Shown: one piece after another, positions 37,301 to 50,206 of the stretch
Layout: each line of letters begins with the position of its first letter
How positions within the stretch are numbered: position 1 is the first letter of the stretch
From: Spironucleus salmonicida
Lineage: Eukaryota
Direction of reading: 5' to 3'
Assembly: GCF_000497125.1 (NCBI RefSeq)
Contig: NC_090601.1
Location: forward strand, 1,364,001 to 1,428,000
DNA length: 64,000 nucleotides
The notes under the pieces: generated by a model
What the model was told of the DNA's origin: nothing
The model's input: only the letters and a program-made list of their open reading frames with translations
Databases searched by the model: none
Position numbers and translations under genes: made by a program

Positions 37301-38741
37301 AGTTGACGGAAATATTCTAAGATATATGGCATAAGCCATTGGAATATTTTTTATTATTTTTACTATGGTAATAACTATGGTAGCAGTCTCTTACCCTGTA
37401 TTAATAATATTAGTACCGTCAATATTTATTTTTAGTACCATTTTTATGAATTTTAGACGTGTTGCCCCTTACTTCAAAAGAATAGATGCTGTTTCTCGTT
37501 CTCCAGTTTTTTCAATATCATCTGAAACAGTTGATTTAGCAGCTACAATAAGAGCTTTTGATGCTGAGATTTAATACTAAGACAAGTTTAGAGAAGCTGT
37601 TGAAACTAATATTTAGGCTAACTATCTTTCAATTGCGATTATTCTTTGGTTGAAGTTTAGGCTAGGTATGCTTTCGGCAACTTTTGCCTTTTCCATCACA
37701 TTGGCATGCATTTTAATCGCCCCATATTCTGCTCAAATGGCTAGTTATACTGGCGTTATTGTGAGCATGAGTTTCACCATAACTTTTATTCTTTAATAGC
37801 TTGTAGTCACTATGGTGCAAGTAGAAAGTGAAATGGCATCAGTTGAGAGACTTATTGAGTATTCAGAAAAGAAGCCAGAATAGAACAAAGTTAGAACCAA
37901 AATTACTACTGAGTAATCACCTTTAAAGATTAAATCTCTCAATTTTAGATATAGAAGCGATTTACCATTAGCTATTTCTAATTTAAATTTAGAATTAAAA
38001 GACAACGAGCATGTTGGAATCGTAGGACGGACTGGTGCAGGTAAATCATCAATTGCATGTGCAATATTTAGACTATATGAACCTGAAAATTCTACATAAA
38101 TAATGCTAAATGGCGTAAATCTTATGGATTTAGATCTTCAGCAAGCTAGATCATAATTATCAATTATACCATAAGAGCCTTTTTTATTTTCTGGCACGTT
38201 AAGAAGTTAACTTTGCAGAAAGACGTTATGTGACAGCTTCGATGTTTAATGCTAATTAGATAGGATTCCAGATGAAAAAATATGGGCAGTTTTGGATTCT
38301 GTATAAATAGGTAACTACTTCAGAAGTTAGCCCGGAGGTCTTGAATCTATAATAGCTCCAAATGGTGATAATTTAAGTTCTGGCTAAAAGTAGTTAGTAT
38401 GTTTTGCTAGAGCTATGTTAACCGATACATAATGTATTATATTAGACGAAGCGACAGCTTAGGTAGACCGAGATACTGATTAAAAAATACAGGAAACAAT
38501 AAGAAAATAGATGGCTAATAAGTAAATATTATGCATAGCCCATAGACTGGAAACAATTATTGACTTCGATAAAATAATAGTCATGGAAGGAGGTGAAATT
38601 GTAGAGTCTGGAACATCATTTGAATTATTATAAAAAGATGGATTATTTAGTAAAATGGTTGAAAATGTCGGCAAAGAGGCGAGTTAAGCACTGAAGTAGA
38701 TAGCTATAGAAACTCAAGAAAGACGACTCATTAAAAAGTGA
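34362..38741 (+). CDS. ABCC/MRP-type ABC transporter, TMD-NBD-TMD-NBD (1459 aa)
   Basis: LTFSWLNP, GVVGSGKSS, ISGGQKARI, LLDDPLSAVD, FFDTTPQGRIQNRFSKD, GRTGAGKS, LSSGQKQL, ILDEATA. Confidence 0.93.
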
Positions 38742-38782
38742 TATATAATATATTTATATATTCTATAATATCTTAAATTAAA

Positions 38783-39196
38783 ATGTGTGAGGAAGATCTT
38801 GATGTGTATTTTAAAAAGAACATTTACCAACAGTCTCATTTAACACCGCAAGATCTTATATGGGTAACTAAACTAAATAAGAATTTAAAAATTGCATAGA
38901 CAGAGCTCAAATATAATGTCCCAACGCACAACCAAGTTCTCAAAGACCTAAAGCTCTAAAAATCAAACAATATAGGGGAAAATTATATTAAAATTAAATA
39001 CAACTCAACCAGGCTAATTAATACGCCAACTTAAAATCTTAGAGATATGGAAAAGTCTATAAGAGGAATAAACCAGTAGTTCAAATCACCTATGCACAGG
39101 AGCCCTGATCTGCGATCACACTCACACTCACTCTCTATGAGCAAGGTATTAGCGACCAACAGATTCGTCTCGTTGAGCATTTTAGGCAAATAGTGA
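38783..39196 (+). CDS. Hypothetical protein (137 aa)
   Basis: Open code-6 frame ending TAG-TGA. Confidence 0.6.
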
Positions 39197-39224
39197 AAAA
39201 CTCCATTTTTATAATTAGTCTATT

Positions 39225-39275
39225 TATTATATAATAATAAGTATATACAAACTTACGTCCGCTCCACGCCAAAAA
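39225..39275 (+). promoter_or_regulatory. Representative promoter: TATTATATAATA box followed by a C-rich element just before the ATG
   Basis: Same layout upstream of many genes (e.g. TTTCCGCATAAATG at 59452, TTATTCCGCAAAAATG at 63254, TTCCACTCCAC before PF20). Confidence 0.55.
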
Positions 39276-41573
39276 ATGAACCGTTACAAAGAGCTCAAAA
39301 CGCTCGGAAAAGGCTCGTTCGGCCGGGCTGCGCTGGTCGAGGAGATCGCAACCAAAGAAAAATTTGTCATGAAAATCATTCAGATATCGCAAATGAAGCC
39401 AAAAGAGCGGGAGGAGGCGCTGCAGGAGTCCAGAATCCTCGAGAAGCTCCAGCACCCAAACATCACCTCCTACCGCGAGTCATTCTCGGACGCGAAGTTC
39501 CTATACATCGTGATGGAGTACGCGAACTCGGGCGACCTCTACGAGCGGATCAAGGCCCAGAAGGCGAAGGGCGCGCTCTTCCCGGAGGCGCAGGTCTGGG
39601 AGTGGACGATCCAGATCTGCCTTGGTCTGAAGCACATCCATGACCGCCGCATTCTGCACCGCGACCTGAAGACGCAGAACATCTTTTTGAGCGTCGAGGG
39701 CGGCCGACACGTCTGCAAAATCGGCGATTTCGGGGTCTCTAAAATCCTAAATTCGACGATGGAGTGCGCCAGAACGGCCATAGGAACACCATATTACCTC
39801 TCTCCCGAGCTGTGCAACAACCAGGGCTACAACAACAAATCCGACATTTGGGCCCTCGGGTGCATGATTTACGAGATTTGCACGCTGAATCACACGTTCG
39901 AGGCAGCGAACATGAAGATGTTAATCGTCAAAATTCTTGAGGGGAAGTACAAGCCGATTTCGAGCGTCTACTCGAGCGAATTGCGCGATTTGCTCACGAT
40001 GATGCTCCAGAAAGACCCCAAAAAGCGGCCTTCCGTGAATTCCATTTTGAAAATGCCGTCGATTCAGACGAAATTGCACAAATTTCTGCCAGAAACCGTC
40101 AAGGAAATGGAGTTTGCGCACACCGTCTTTCACGGCCAGGGGAACATCATGAAGGGCTTCAAGGAGGAGGACGAGATTAAGTAGATTATGGGTGGAGCTG
40201 CCTTGTTTGGGAATGCGGGAGGCCAGAAACCGGCTGAAAATGAGGTTTAAAAGGTTGTTGTTTAACCACCTGGAATAAATTATCCGACGAATTTGGCTAA
40301 ATCGAAATAGCAGGTTACGCCGATGGTCAAATAAGTTACGCCGTAAGCTAAATAAGCGACTGCAGTTAAGCGGGTTGCACCTGTTTCGCAGTAAAAATCA
40401 TCAAATTCAGTGCCTTCAGATAATACATTGTTTGGAAAATTGAACGAATTAGATGATCTACTGGCCATGAAATCACCTAGTTCATAGGATAGCAATAAAC
40501 CAGTTTAATAATAATAGCTATCTCCAAATTACAATCCATTTTCGTATCCGACACCTCAAAATTTACCGACACCTCCATAGAATCAGCAGAGTAACTAATC
40601 TAATACACCAAATAATCCACTAGCATATAACCCACCTCCGCAATTTGCATAGAAAAATGCTCAAAAAAATCTAAATAATCATTAAAAAGACGTTATTTCC
40701 AAGCTTGCCCCTATGAACGATCGTGATAGAGCTCGATATATGCGGGAAAAGGAACTCCAAGATAAGAAGGATCGTGCATAGTAGTTAAAGCGTTAATCTG
40801 AAGAAAAAATTGCTAATGCTAAGGCTGCTGTCAAGCAAAAATACGAAAAGATCAACCATGAGTACGACTCTAAATTGTAAGCTAAAAAAGAGAGTATGTA
40901 CAGAGATGAGGAAGATTTAGCACGCAGGGCAAAAATTTTAGAAGATAATAAAAAGGCAGAAATGCTAGCGAAGAAGTAGTACGAATTAGAGTAGAAACGA
41001 CTTAACTCTGAGATTGCTGAAAAAGAGAGGAAAAAAGGAGAGGATTAACGTGAGAAGCTGAGATAAATGATGGCGCAGAAAAGGAAAGAAAAAGGTGGCG
41101 GCAATCAGTTTGGTGAGATAGAGGTTATTGAAGAGGCTGGAGCTGGGTAGAAAATGAGAGAAAAATTTGGCGAAGGAGGTGCTGATTATTAAAAGAATTT
41201 ACAGGCTAAAGCCTCAGTTGATATGAAACAACCAGAAAAAGTGTGTGAGGAGGAATCTGAGTCATTTGGAGACGCTCCAGATGCTAATTTTGCTTAAGCA
41301 AATGCAGCAGATGAGTGGAAGAACAAGCTTAATTCCACAGATGGTAAAGAAAGTTTATGTTACCGGATGGAGAGTTTGCGGAGTTTCATGGAGAAATAAC
41401 TCGGGTTTGATAAATTTATGAACGTTTATCAGTCAGTTAATAATGCAAGTGCAAATGATGAAGAAATGGACGATAATTACGTAAGAGAACAACTTGGTGA
41501 TGATAATATGGGATATATGAACTTGATAGTTTAGTTAATTTTGGTAGAGTAGAAGTTTAATGAGAGTTAGTGA
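39276..41573 (+). CDS. NEK kinase, NEK1-like (765 aa)
   Basis: HRDLKTQNIFL, IGTPYYLSPE, then a Q/P-rich linker, coiled coil, and NEK1-type C-terminal 'ESLRSFMEKQLGFDKFMNVY'. Confidence 0.92.
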
Positions 41574-41667
41574 ACGTGATTTGTGGGGTTTATAGTTACC
41601 TTTGGTATATTTTTTTTAAATAATGTTATCTTCATTCTAGATTTTAATACTTAAGGTATGAAGTTAT

Positions 41668-41751
41668 ACCAATTTGGCCGAGTGGTTAAGGCGGGTGACT
41701 CAAGATCTCCTGGGGGCTAACTCCGCGTGGGTTCAAATCCCACAGTTGGTA
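41668..41751 (+). tRNA. tRNA-Leu(CAA)
   Basis: Acceptor ACCAATT/AGTTGGT-A, A box TGGCCGAGTGG, anticodon loop CT-CAA-GA, long variable arm, GGTTCAAATCC, downstream T-run terminator. Confidence 0.95.
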
Positions 41752-41858
41752 TTTTTCGTCCCGGATTTTATTTTTATATAATCGTTTAGTGAATAGGTTA
41801 AAATATAAGTAAATATAGAATATTATATTGAAATTTAAACTATTCACATATAAATAAA

Positions 41859-42167
41859 TCACTTAAACATATCATGAACTTTTTATCTAGCATTTTCTCT
41901 AAATTAAAGCTTCAATTATCTGGTTAGGATCGTGTCTGTTTCCTATATGTCCAAAGCAGATTGGGCGTACTCTGTTTTTTCGTTAAGCGTAGAAAGTGAG
42001 TCTCGATGATTTAAAAGAGCAAATTGTGATTATTTTTCAATAAGTCTTGTTGAGTTCCTTTGTTTCGGCACTTGACTTAATGCATGTTCATCATTTAACT
42101 AGTCGCCAGGTTTCCCCTCTTAGCATGTATTTTATCCGTCATCTTCAATAGAGTCACTTGTACCCAT
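41859..42167 (-). CDS. Small MGxxxS protein (102 aa)
   Basis: MGTSDS... ending AAG-TGA. Confidence 0.6.
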
Positions 42168-42603
42168 TTTACGTGATCATATGGTGATTAAATATGAATT
42201 AATAACTATAGTATTTTATAAAATATATAAATCACGTTGCATATTATTAAATATACTAAATTTGATTTTTGAAAAATTCGGAAAGGTCTGATTAAATAAT
42301 TCGCACAAGTTACCATTTATGATTATATTAAAAAATATTTTATGCGATATTAAATAGGTTTATATATAACTATGTATAAATAGTTGAAAAATTAATGATA
42401 CCGGATTGTCCCAATTCAACAATGAATTGGCTCTTAAAAGTATCAATGCTATCGGATGATTAAAGTACAGATGTACATACCTATAGATCTTTGATAACTA
42501 CTTGCGAACTTTCACTATCTCAAAAAAGTATTTTCATCATCGCTGTGAAGTGAAAATATGAAAAAGAATTTTTAAAATATAATATATTAAATATAATAAT
42601 TAA

Positions 42604-43260
42604 TCAGAAAAGTTCTTCATAACTTTGGATTTCAATCATACATAAATGCTTTTTCTAATCATACATTCGTTTATCTGTAAGTATTCCTACTACCAAGCAC
42701 CCACTATTAACAGCTCCTTAAAGACCATGCAAACTGTCTTCAAAAACAGCACATTAAGATGGCTCGGCCCCTATTCTTTTCATACATTCTAAATAAACAG
42801 CTGGATCTGGTTTACTTTTACCCACATCATCACATGAAACTACTGCCTAGACATGTTTCTTAATTGATTAGTAATTATTAAGAAATGCATCAATTACATA
42901 AATAGGAGATGCTGTAGCTATTCCAAAGGGTATATTTTAAGCAATAAGATAATTTAAAAATTTTTCTGCTCCTGGGACAAATTTAATTTATGTGGCAAAA
43001 ATTGATTCGCTATGTGTCCTATATGCATCCATAATTTACTCTGGCTTAACATTTGATAATTTATTATACTAAATTATCCAGGAGGCAATATCAAACATAG
43101 AAAATCCCATTGTTACTTAAAAGTGTTTTTCCAAATCATATGGAATATTAAATTATGAGTAAACCTATAAATCAATAGTTTCCCATATATTAATCGAGTC
43201 AGTTAAAGTACCATCAAAATCAAACACATAATATTTAATATCTGATAACTTTTCGTGCAT
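42604..43260 (-). CDS. HAD-superfamily phosphatase (subfamily IA, beta-PGM/CbbY-like; 218 aa)
   Basis: FDFDGTLTDS, IATAS, KSKPDPAVY, VFEDSLHG. Confidence 0.9.
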
Positions 43261-43311
43261 TACGATTTAGTAATAATTATTATGTAAACAATATAAAGTA
43301 ATTAACATAAA

Positions 43312-43584
43312 ATGCCTAAATTTCCACCTCAAAATAAAACCCTTATTGATGAATTACATAAATAAAATATAGCATCTATGAGTAAGAAAATAGTCAATTT
43401 AAAGTAGTCTTCTTAAATTACAAAACGAGCATCAGCTGCATAATCAACGAATATGGTTACATCTATAGATTCATCTTAAGAGATTATATATGAACCTATG
43501 AGAAAAGAACCAGAGATACCGTTTAGGGAGTTTAAAGTTCGTCGTGGAAGACCCATAATGACATTTTCTGGAAACTAATAATGA
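43312..43584 (+). CDS. Hypothetical basic protein (90 aa)
   Basis: Open code-6 frame, divergent from the HAD gene. Confidence 0.5.
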
Positions 43585-43702
43585 ATAATTATTTTATTTT
43601 TTGTAATATTATATCCTAGTTATCTTAATTCATCTGAATTTAATGTATAAAAATTTAATTTAATATAAAATAAGTTAATACAGTTAATATTATTACAGGC
43701 AC

Positions 43703-45220
43703 TCACTTACTCAACATTTTTAGTACTTTTCCATTCCTGTTAAGCTATTTACGAACATTAAGAAAGATTTCATTTTCGACTGCTCCCTATACGAAATATA
43801 CTACTTATACTGAATCCTTTTATCCGATTCTAACCGATCGTGAAATTGATTACTAAATTTCGTTAGGATTATAACTGAAATCTGCAAAAATAATACATTT
43901 AGCCTCTATGATATTTAATCCTACATTACCAATGGGATACGTTAAAAGAAGCACTGATTTTTCGGTAGTAATTTTAAAATTAGTTAAAATGGATGTTCTT
44001 TCGTCATTTGGTGTATTACCGTCAATTCTAAAAACCTGTAATGGTATAAAATGTTATAATACATCTAAATGAGAAATAAATTACGAAAAAATAAGGAACT
44101 TCGTGATGGAGCAACTAGAAAGAAAAGCTATAATTTTTTCAGTTTTTGGCTATAAACTTCCAAAGAAATATTTCTTGTCCAATGGAAATTAAATTTTTAA
44201 AGCTGCTTAATAAAGCTATACTTTTGATAATGAACAAAGATAATTAAAATAAGAATCTTATATGTCTAAAAATTCAAATTTTCCTAACATCTTTTTAACT
44301 TTGAAATAATTTGATTTAGATTCTAAGATTAGAAAATCAATCATTTATTAACTAATTATAGGATCATTATCGATTGTTACCGTTGAACATGCATTTCTTC
44401 GTTATTGTATAATGCTTCCTTCATTTTATATTTAATCAATATATACAATAAGTTCCTAATAATCTGGAATTTTATCATTTAGAATAGAAATTTCTCTTCG
44501 AATAAACTGATTTTTAATTAAGCTAAACAATTTACTGTATGTGCTAGATTTTTATTAATACGATTGGTCAAAATCTTATATCTTTTATATTAAATGATGA
44601 ACATCTTTATGCATGATACTCGTCATCAAAAATAAACCTTCTAGTTTTACCTGAAGTGGTGTTCCTGTTAGTAAAATTAATCTTCGTGTTTATAATTTTA
44701 TTAAATTTTTATAAAATTAAGTTTATGTAGATTAAAATAAATGAATTTCATCTACAATTATTATTTTAAATTTCAATGTACGCAAAAATGGATCCTTTAG
44801 CATACAATGAGTTGTTAGGATGATATTGCTATTATAGCATTATTTTGAGGTTATCTATCTTGATTATTTACTGCCATTGTAAACGGTAACGGTAAAACAG
44901 TCAAATAATTTTATTTCACATATCCAATTTTAAATTAATTAATTTGGTACAATTATAAGAAACTATGAGGATTTTAAGAAATATTTCAGAGTTATTAATG
45001 TTTACAAAGTTTTACCTAATCCTTATTCGTCAAATAATGCTGCAGAGCTATACTTTAAAATCTAAATTAGCTTTTTGCAGCCGTCTATCTAATGTGAAAG
45101 AAGAGGTATGGGAGAATTAGGTAGAATGATGTTGCTAGCCTGCTTAATTCTATTATTTAATTCTTTATGTTCATTATAGATAGTTTAAAAATGCTGTGTT
45201 AATGTGTCGTCACCACTCAT
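43703..45220 (-). CDS. Minimal, divergent SNF2-family ATPase (505 aa)
   Basis: DEQGLGKTLQ, IVDEIH, LLTGTPLQ, GNVGLN, YNP...QSISRSVRIGQ. Confidence 0.85.
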
Positions 45221-45317
45221 CTTTTATCTGTAGTAAAAATCATGGGATAATTATAAATATAATTATTAGTAAAAATACAAATCACATATCAAGTTTCCCG
45301 GTAAGTTATATATTATA

Positions 45318-45644
45318 TCAGAGCATACTAGCAGAGTCTTCGCCGCACTGATAAATAAAGTGCTCGACGGAGCCAGCAAAGTGCTTAAAATTGCTAGCTT
45401 ACTGCTCCAGCTGCTACGCGTCGTAGTTGTCGAACAGGCGACCGGACTCCGTCTAGTTGTACAGCTGGCCGATGTTTATCAACTACTGGTCAAACCGAAC
45501 CTCGTCGTTCGAGATTTCGCAGTCCAGTGCAGAAGACTACTTCACAATTTTATAATAATGAGACTATAACGGCGTGATAACATTCTATATCTCCTCCATA
45601 TCGTTTTATTGATCGTGATTATATTTAGACTCTTCTGTGCCCAT
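45318..45644 (-). CDS. Small MGxxxS protein (108 aa), copy 1
   Basis: MGTEESKYNH...EDSASML; its TGA is the left edge of the duplication. Confidence 0.7.
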
Positions 45645-46186
45645 TTTAGATTGAAAACAATTGATAGAGTATATACTTTCATAAGTTTATATTTTTGTTT
45701 AACTGTAAAAATCCTCAGGATAATAGCAATAAATTATTCATATATACCGAGATGATTTTCTAATCATCTGAGATATACATATATTATATTTCCTATAGAA
45801 TTATATTTAATCCACAAATTAAGTATTGAGTTTAGCTACCTGTTAGAAATATGATTAAGAATTATACAACTATCGAATGATATTGTGATTCTATTACCAT
45901 ATGTACGTTTACTGCATATATAAAATCAATATGCTTTAATTCTTTTTTCTAATTATTTCAGATCAATAAAATTATAATACTATTGTTAATTTCTACATTT
46001 CTTACAATTTTATATCGTGGTAGTGTTTTATTAAATCTTATTATTTCCTAAGATTCCTTTAATGACAAAATTAAGTAAGTATTCATATTACAGTTATATT
46101 CATTCGCTATTATTTTACTTTAGCATTGCAATTCTCATATATTTGTATTGTGTTTATATTATATAATATGGCACACATTCTCCAGA

Positions 46187-46672
46187 ATGTCCTATCTGAA
46201 CGTGATCAAGTAGCAGCAGACCGAAATTTCCCAGCTGAGGGAACAGGTCGCACTGCTAACATCCACACCACTCCTCCGGGAGATCGACTCCAGAATCGCG
46301 AGCAGCCTGGAGCCGCAGATGCTCCTCTACACGCAGCAGGTCGCCCCGCTCATGGCCGAGAACCAGCGCCTGAAGGAGGTCATCGCGGACCTCACCGCAC
46401 GCCTCACCGCCTCCCAGGCCGACTCTCTGCGGGAAGCACACTTCGGCGGCCCCGGATCGGACCGCGAGCCCCCGAGGCAGTATGCGGCGTGCCCCGGCGG
46501 TTCCCACGGCACCCTGCTGGATAACCTGTTCGCAGAGCTGCAGGAGGAGCGGCGCATGCGCAAGGCGGCCCAGGGACAGCTAGCGCAGCAGGAGCGGTAC
46601 GGGACCTACATGGAGAACGCGTTCCGGAACGTGGTGCAGGCCCAGAGCGCAGCACCTGTGTTCAGTGAGTGA
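46187..46672 (+). CDS. GC-rich coiled-coil protein (161 aa), copy 1
   Basis: MSYLNVIKQQQTEISQLREQV... ending GAG-TGA. Confidence 0.75.
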
Positions 46673-47247
46673 GGCGGTTGGATTGCAAGGCTCATTAGCA
46701 CAGCCGCTATGGCAGAAACGGCGGCACCGCTAGCGCGGGCCTCGCCCAACGGGAAACTCTCCCTCTACGATGCTGGCAGCTCGGTGGTGATGGGGAGGAT
46801 GATTATAATCCAGGATCAGGTACCAGCTACGAGCTAAACTTTTTAATTTGGTTAAATATATTGTTTAGATATTGATAAGCTTATTAAATTATTATTTTCA
46901 TACTGTATGTAAATATTATTTAGTTATAGACTACGAGTAATCTTCAAATTTATCAATATTTAGATAATTTCATTTTACAAAATTTCTCTGATTTTGTAAA
47001 TGGAATGTTAAATTCTTTACTTTAAGCTCCCTTATATTCTAAAATCTCAGAAAATATATTCTTCAAAAATAATGATTTACCATCATGTCCTGATAATATT
47101 ATTACCCAGACTTAATCTCTTATTACCTCTTGCATGTTGAATTATGAATAAATAGTAACTTTATTAATAAAATTTGGTTGCTATCAATATAATAATTGTT
47201 AATACTTTACAATACCATCACATTAAAAATAAAGTTTAAATATGGTT

Positions 47248-49737
47248 TCACTCATTTGAGTAGTATTTCTGATACTCTTCGCTAACCTGAGGATAGAAAA
47301 CCTTGCCGTAAAGTTCGGGGTCAATACTACAGTCCATACTACTTAAATACTTGTTAATTTCCAGACCAGCAACTTTTCCAGCACCGAGAGCCTTGATAAC
47401 AGTCGCAGCACCTGTGTTTACATCTCCACCAGCATAAACTCCATCTAAACTAGTTTTTAAATTATCATCAGTTTTGATAAGACCTCTGTTGGTATCTAAA
47501 CCAGGCGTGCTAGATGGAATAATAGGATTAGGTCCTTAACCTACAGCAATAACAACCATTTGGCAGGTGAAGAAACCTTCTTAACCTTCACAGCTCACAA
47601 TCTGACCATTTTCAAACATATTAACTTACGTTCTGAGCCCTTTAATACCATTTCCTTCACAATTTCCAACAATTTCAATTGGTGCATTTAGCGTTCCAAA
47701 TTCAATACCCTCTTCTTGTGCATGTTCTACTTCTTCAGCTCTTGCAGGGCTGTCCTATATTCTCCGTCTGTAAACGATTGTGACCTAAGCTCCCAGTCTC
47801 TATGCGCATCTTGCACAATCCATAGCAACATTTCCAGCACCAATAACTACTACTTACTACGCATGCATTACAGGAGTATCACTTACCTATGGGAAAGTAT
47901 AAGCCTTCATCAAGTTGCATCTTGTTAAAAATTCGTTTGCGCTCAAAACACCAGGCAAATCCTCTCCTGGAATACCTAAAAATCTTGGTAAACCAGCACC
48001 GGATCCAATGAAGAATGCAGAAAATCCTTCTTTTTTCAAATCATCAATTGTAGCGGATTTACCAACTACAAAATTAGTACGAGTTTCCACGACACCGAGC
48101 CTTTAAAGGCCTGCAATTTCATGTGCTACAATTTCTTTAGGAAGACGGAATTCAGGAATACCATAACTTAAAACACCACCAAGTTTATGCAAAGCTTCGA
48201 AAATAACTACTGAGTGCCCGGCTTTAGCAACTTCACCAGCTGCCGCAATACCTGCAGGACCAGAACCAATAACAGCAACTTTCTTTCCAGTCAGCTGAAC
48301 TGGTTTAATGCGATTTTCTTCGTCTAAAAGAGCTTTTTCTTCTAGATTATTTTCTCTAACATAGTCAGCTACAAAACGCTCTAAACGACCTATTCCGACC
48401 GCCTCACGGCCTGTACGTTCAAGAATACAACCATATGTACCTTCTGCGCACTAACACTGGCTCTCTTGAGGGCAAACTCTACCAGAAATTGCAGGGCACG
48501 AATGGGCTGATTTGATGATTCTATACGCACCCAAGAAGTCTTAATCTTTGATTTTCTGGATGAACTGAGGAATTGGGACCTAAACTGGGCAGCCTTTTAT
48601 GCACATTGGCTTTGGGCAGTTCAAACACCTTTTAGCTTCGTTTACTGCCATTTCTGCCGTGTAGCCGAGAGCTACCTCGGTCCAGTTTTGAGCACGGAAC
48701 TCTGGGTCCTAGACTGGCATAGGTGTCTGCTTTTTAGGGATTTTGTTTGCTGGGATTTTCGTCTGAACTGGTTTTTCAATGGGAAGCTGTTTCTCCTCCT
48801 ACTCCTCCTTGCAATACGTCGTCATTCTCTGTCTCAAATTTTGCCAATCGACTACGTGGGCATCGAATTCTGGCCCGTCAACACACGCAAACTTGGTCTT
48901 TCCGTCAACGTTGACTCTGCATGCGCCGCACATACCTGTGCCGTCGACCATAGTGGTGTTTAGAGATACAATAGTGGGGATTTTGTAGGGACGTGTTACC
49001 TCAGAAACTGCGCGCATCATGGGGAGGGGGCCGATGGCGTAAACCTCAGCGAATCTGCGTTCTGGGATCTTCTCTTCATCTTCCTTCACATAGCCTGCTT
49101 TATCAATAATTTGTTGTAATGCAGTTGTTCCAAAACCATGGATGCCGTAACTTCCGTCATCGGTAGTAACGTAGCACTCGTGTGAAACTGCGCGCATTTT
49201 ATCCTCCCAAAAGATGAGCTCTTTCATCCTTGCTCCAAAAATGGTTATGACGTGATTTCCAGGCCTTTTATAAATTTCTCTTGCGATGGGATAAACTGGA
49301 GCAGTTCCGACACCACCGGCTACTAGAACGACTACACCCATGTTGTCATGAATTTGCGACGGGTGTCCTAAGGGTCCAGCAATATCGTGAATATTGTCAC
49401 CTACCTGCATATTGTTAATAATCTTTGAGGATCTACCAATACTTTAACAAACTAAAGTGATTGTGAGCTTTTCTCTGTCAAAATCGGCAATTGTAAGAGG
49501 AATTCTCTCAGCTTTCTCATTAGCTCGTACAATTACGAATTATCCAGCTTGACAGTGTGCTGCCACATTGGGAGAGATGATAACGAACTCAAGAATTTCA
49601 GGGTTGGTAGATAACACAACTCTTTCGATAATTTTATAGGTAATATCATTATTTGGTGTGATATAACGTTCACGAGTCTATGGTTTCTCAACAGTCTTAT
49701 AACCATCTGCACGAATAACATCTTCAATATCAGCCAT
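47248..49737 (-). CDS. Fused NfnA-NfnB (SudB-SudA / GltD-like) flavin Fe-S oxidoreductase (829 aa)
   Basis: ERIPLTIAD, GPLGHP, MVDGTGMCGACR...ACVDGPEF (2Fe-2S); RCLNCPKPMCIKGCPV, GRVCPQESQC, IGRLERF, GSGPAG, YGIPEFRLPK, VYRR, YAGGD. Confidence 0.92.
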
Positions 49738-50206
49738 TTATTGAAATCAGACTTGATAAATTATGTTATAGTGGATATTAATATAATAAATAATTGGTTT
49801 TACGTTTTTACCATACTTAAATTTGTGATTTTATGGGATTTACTATTAATTATTTTTATTTTTGTCATATTGTTTCAGATTTATCGTTTAACATTGTATG
49901 ATAATAATATTTGTTTTATACAAAAGTTTATAATAAGTTTTTGTGGTTTGTAAAAATTATGTAGTAAACTTTGATCTATAAGAAAAGAAAAGGAAAGAAT
50001 ATATCCACAGTGTTGATGATCATTGTTTTTATATAGACTTATTTATTCTTTTAGATATCTTATATTTGTGGCAAATTTATTCACAGTTACCGTAGTATTG
50101 AATAAAGAAATTTAGTAAGTAAGAAGTTAGTATTATGGTAAAAATAATTTTATCTTTACTATATATTATTCAATATAAATATTTCCCACTTTATTTTCCA
50201 TTTTAA

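Larger units (their letters stand above)
45318..46799. repeat. 1.48 kb direct duplication, copy 1 (copy 2 at 53363..54844)
   Basis: Constant offset of 8045 bp; only about 3 substitutions seen, even across the AT-rich spacer. Confidence 0.95.

Noticed and set aside
41694-41710. U-U mismatch in the tRNA-Leu anticodon stem; possible suppressor tRNA
   Set aside because: Anticodon is plainly CAA and a single stem mismatch is common.
45318-46799. Duplicated cassette as a transposon or LTR
   Set aside because: No terminal inverted repeats, target-site duplications, TG...CA ends, transposase or reverse transcriptase.
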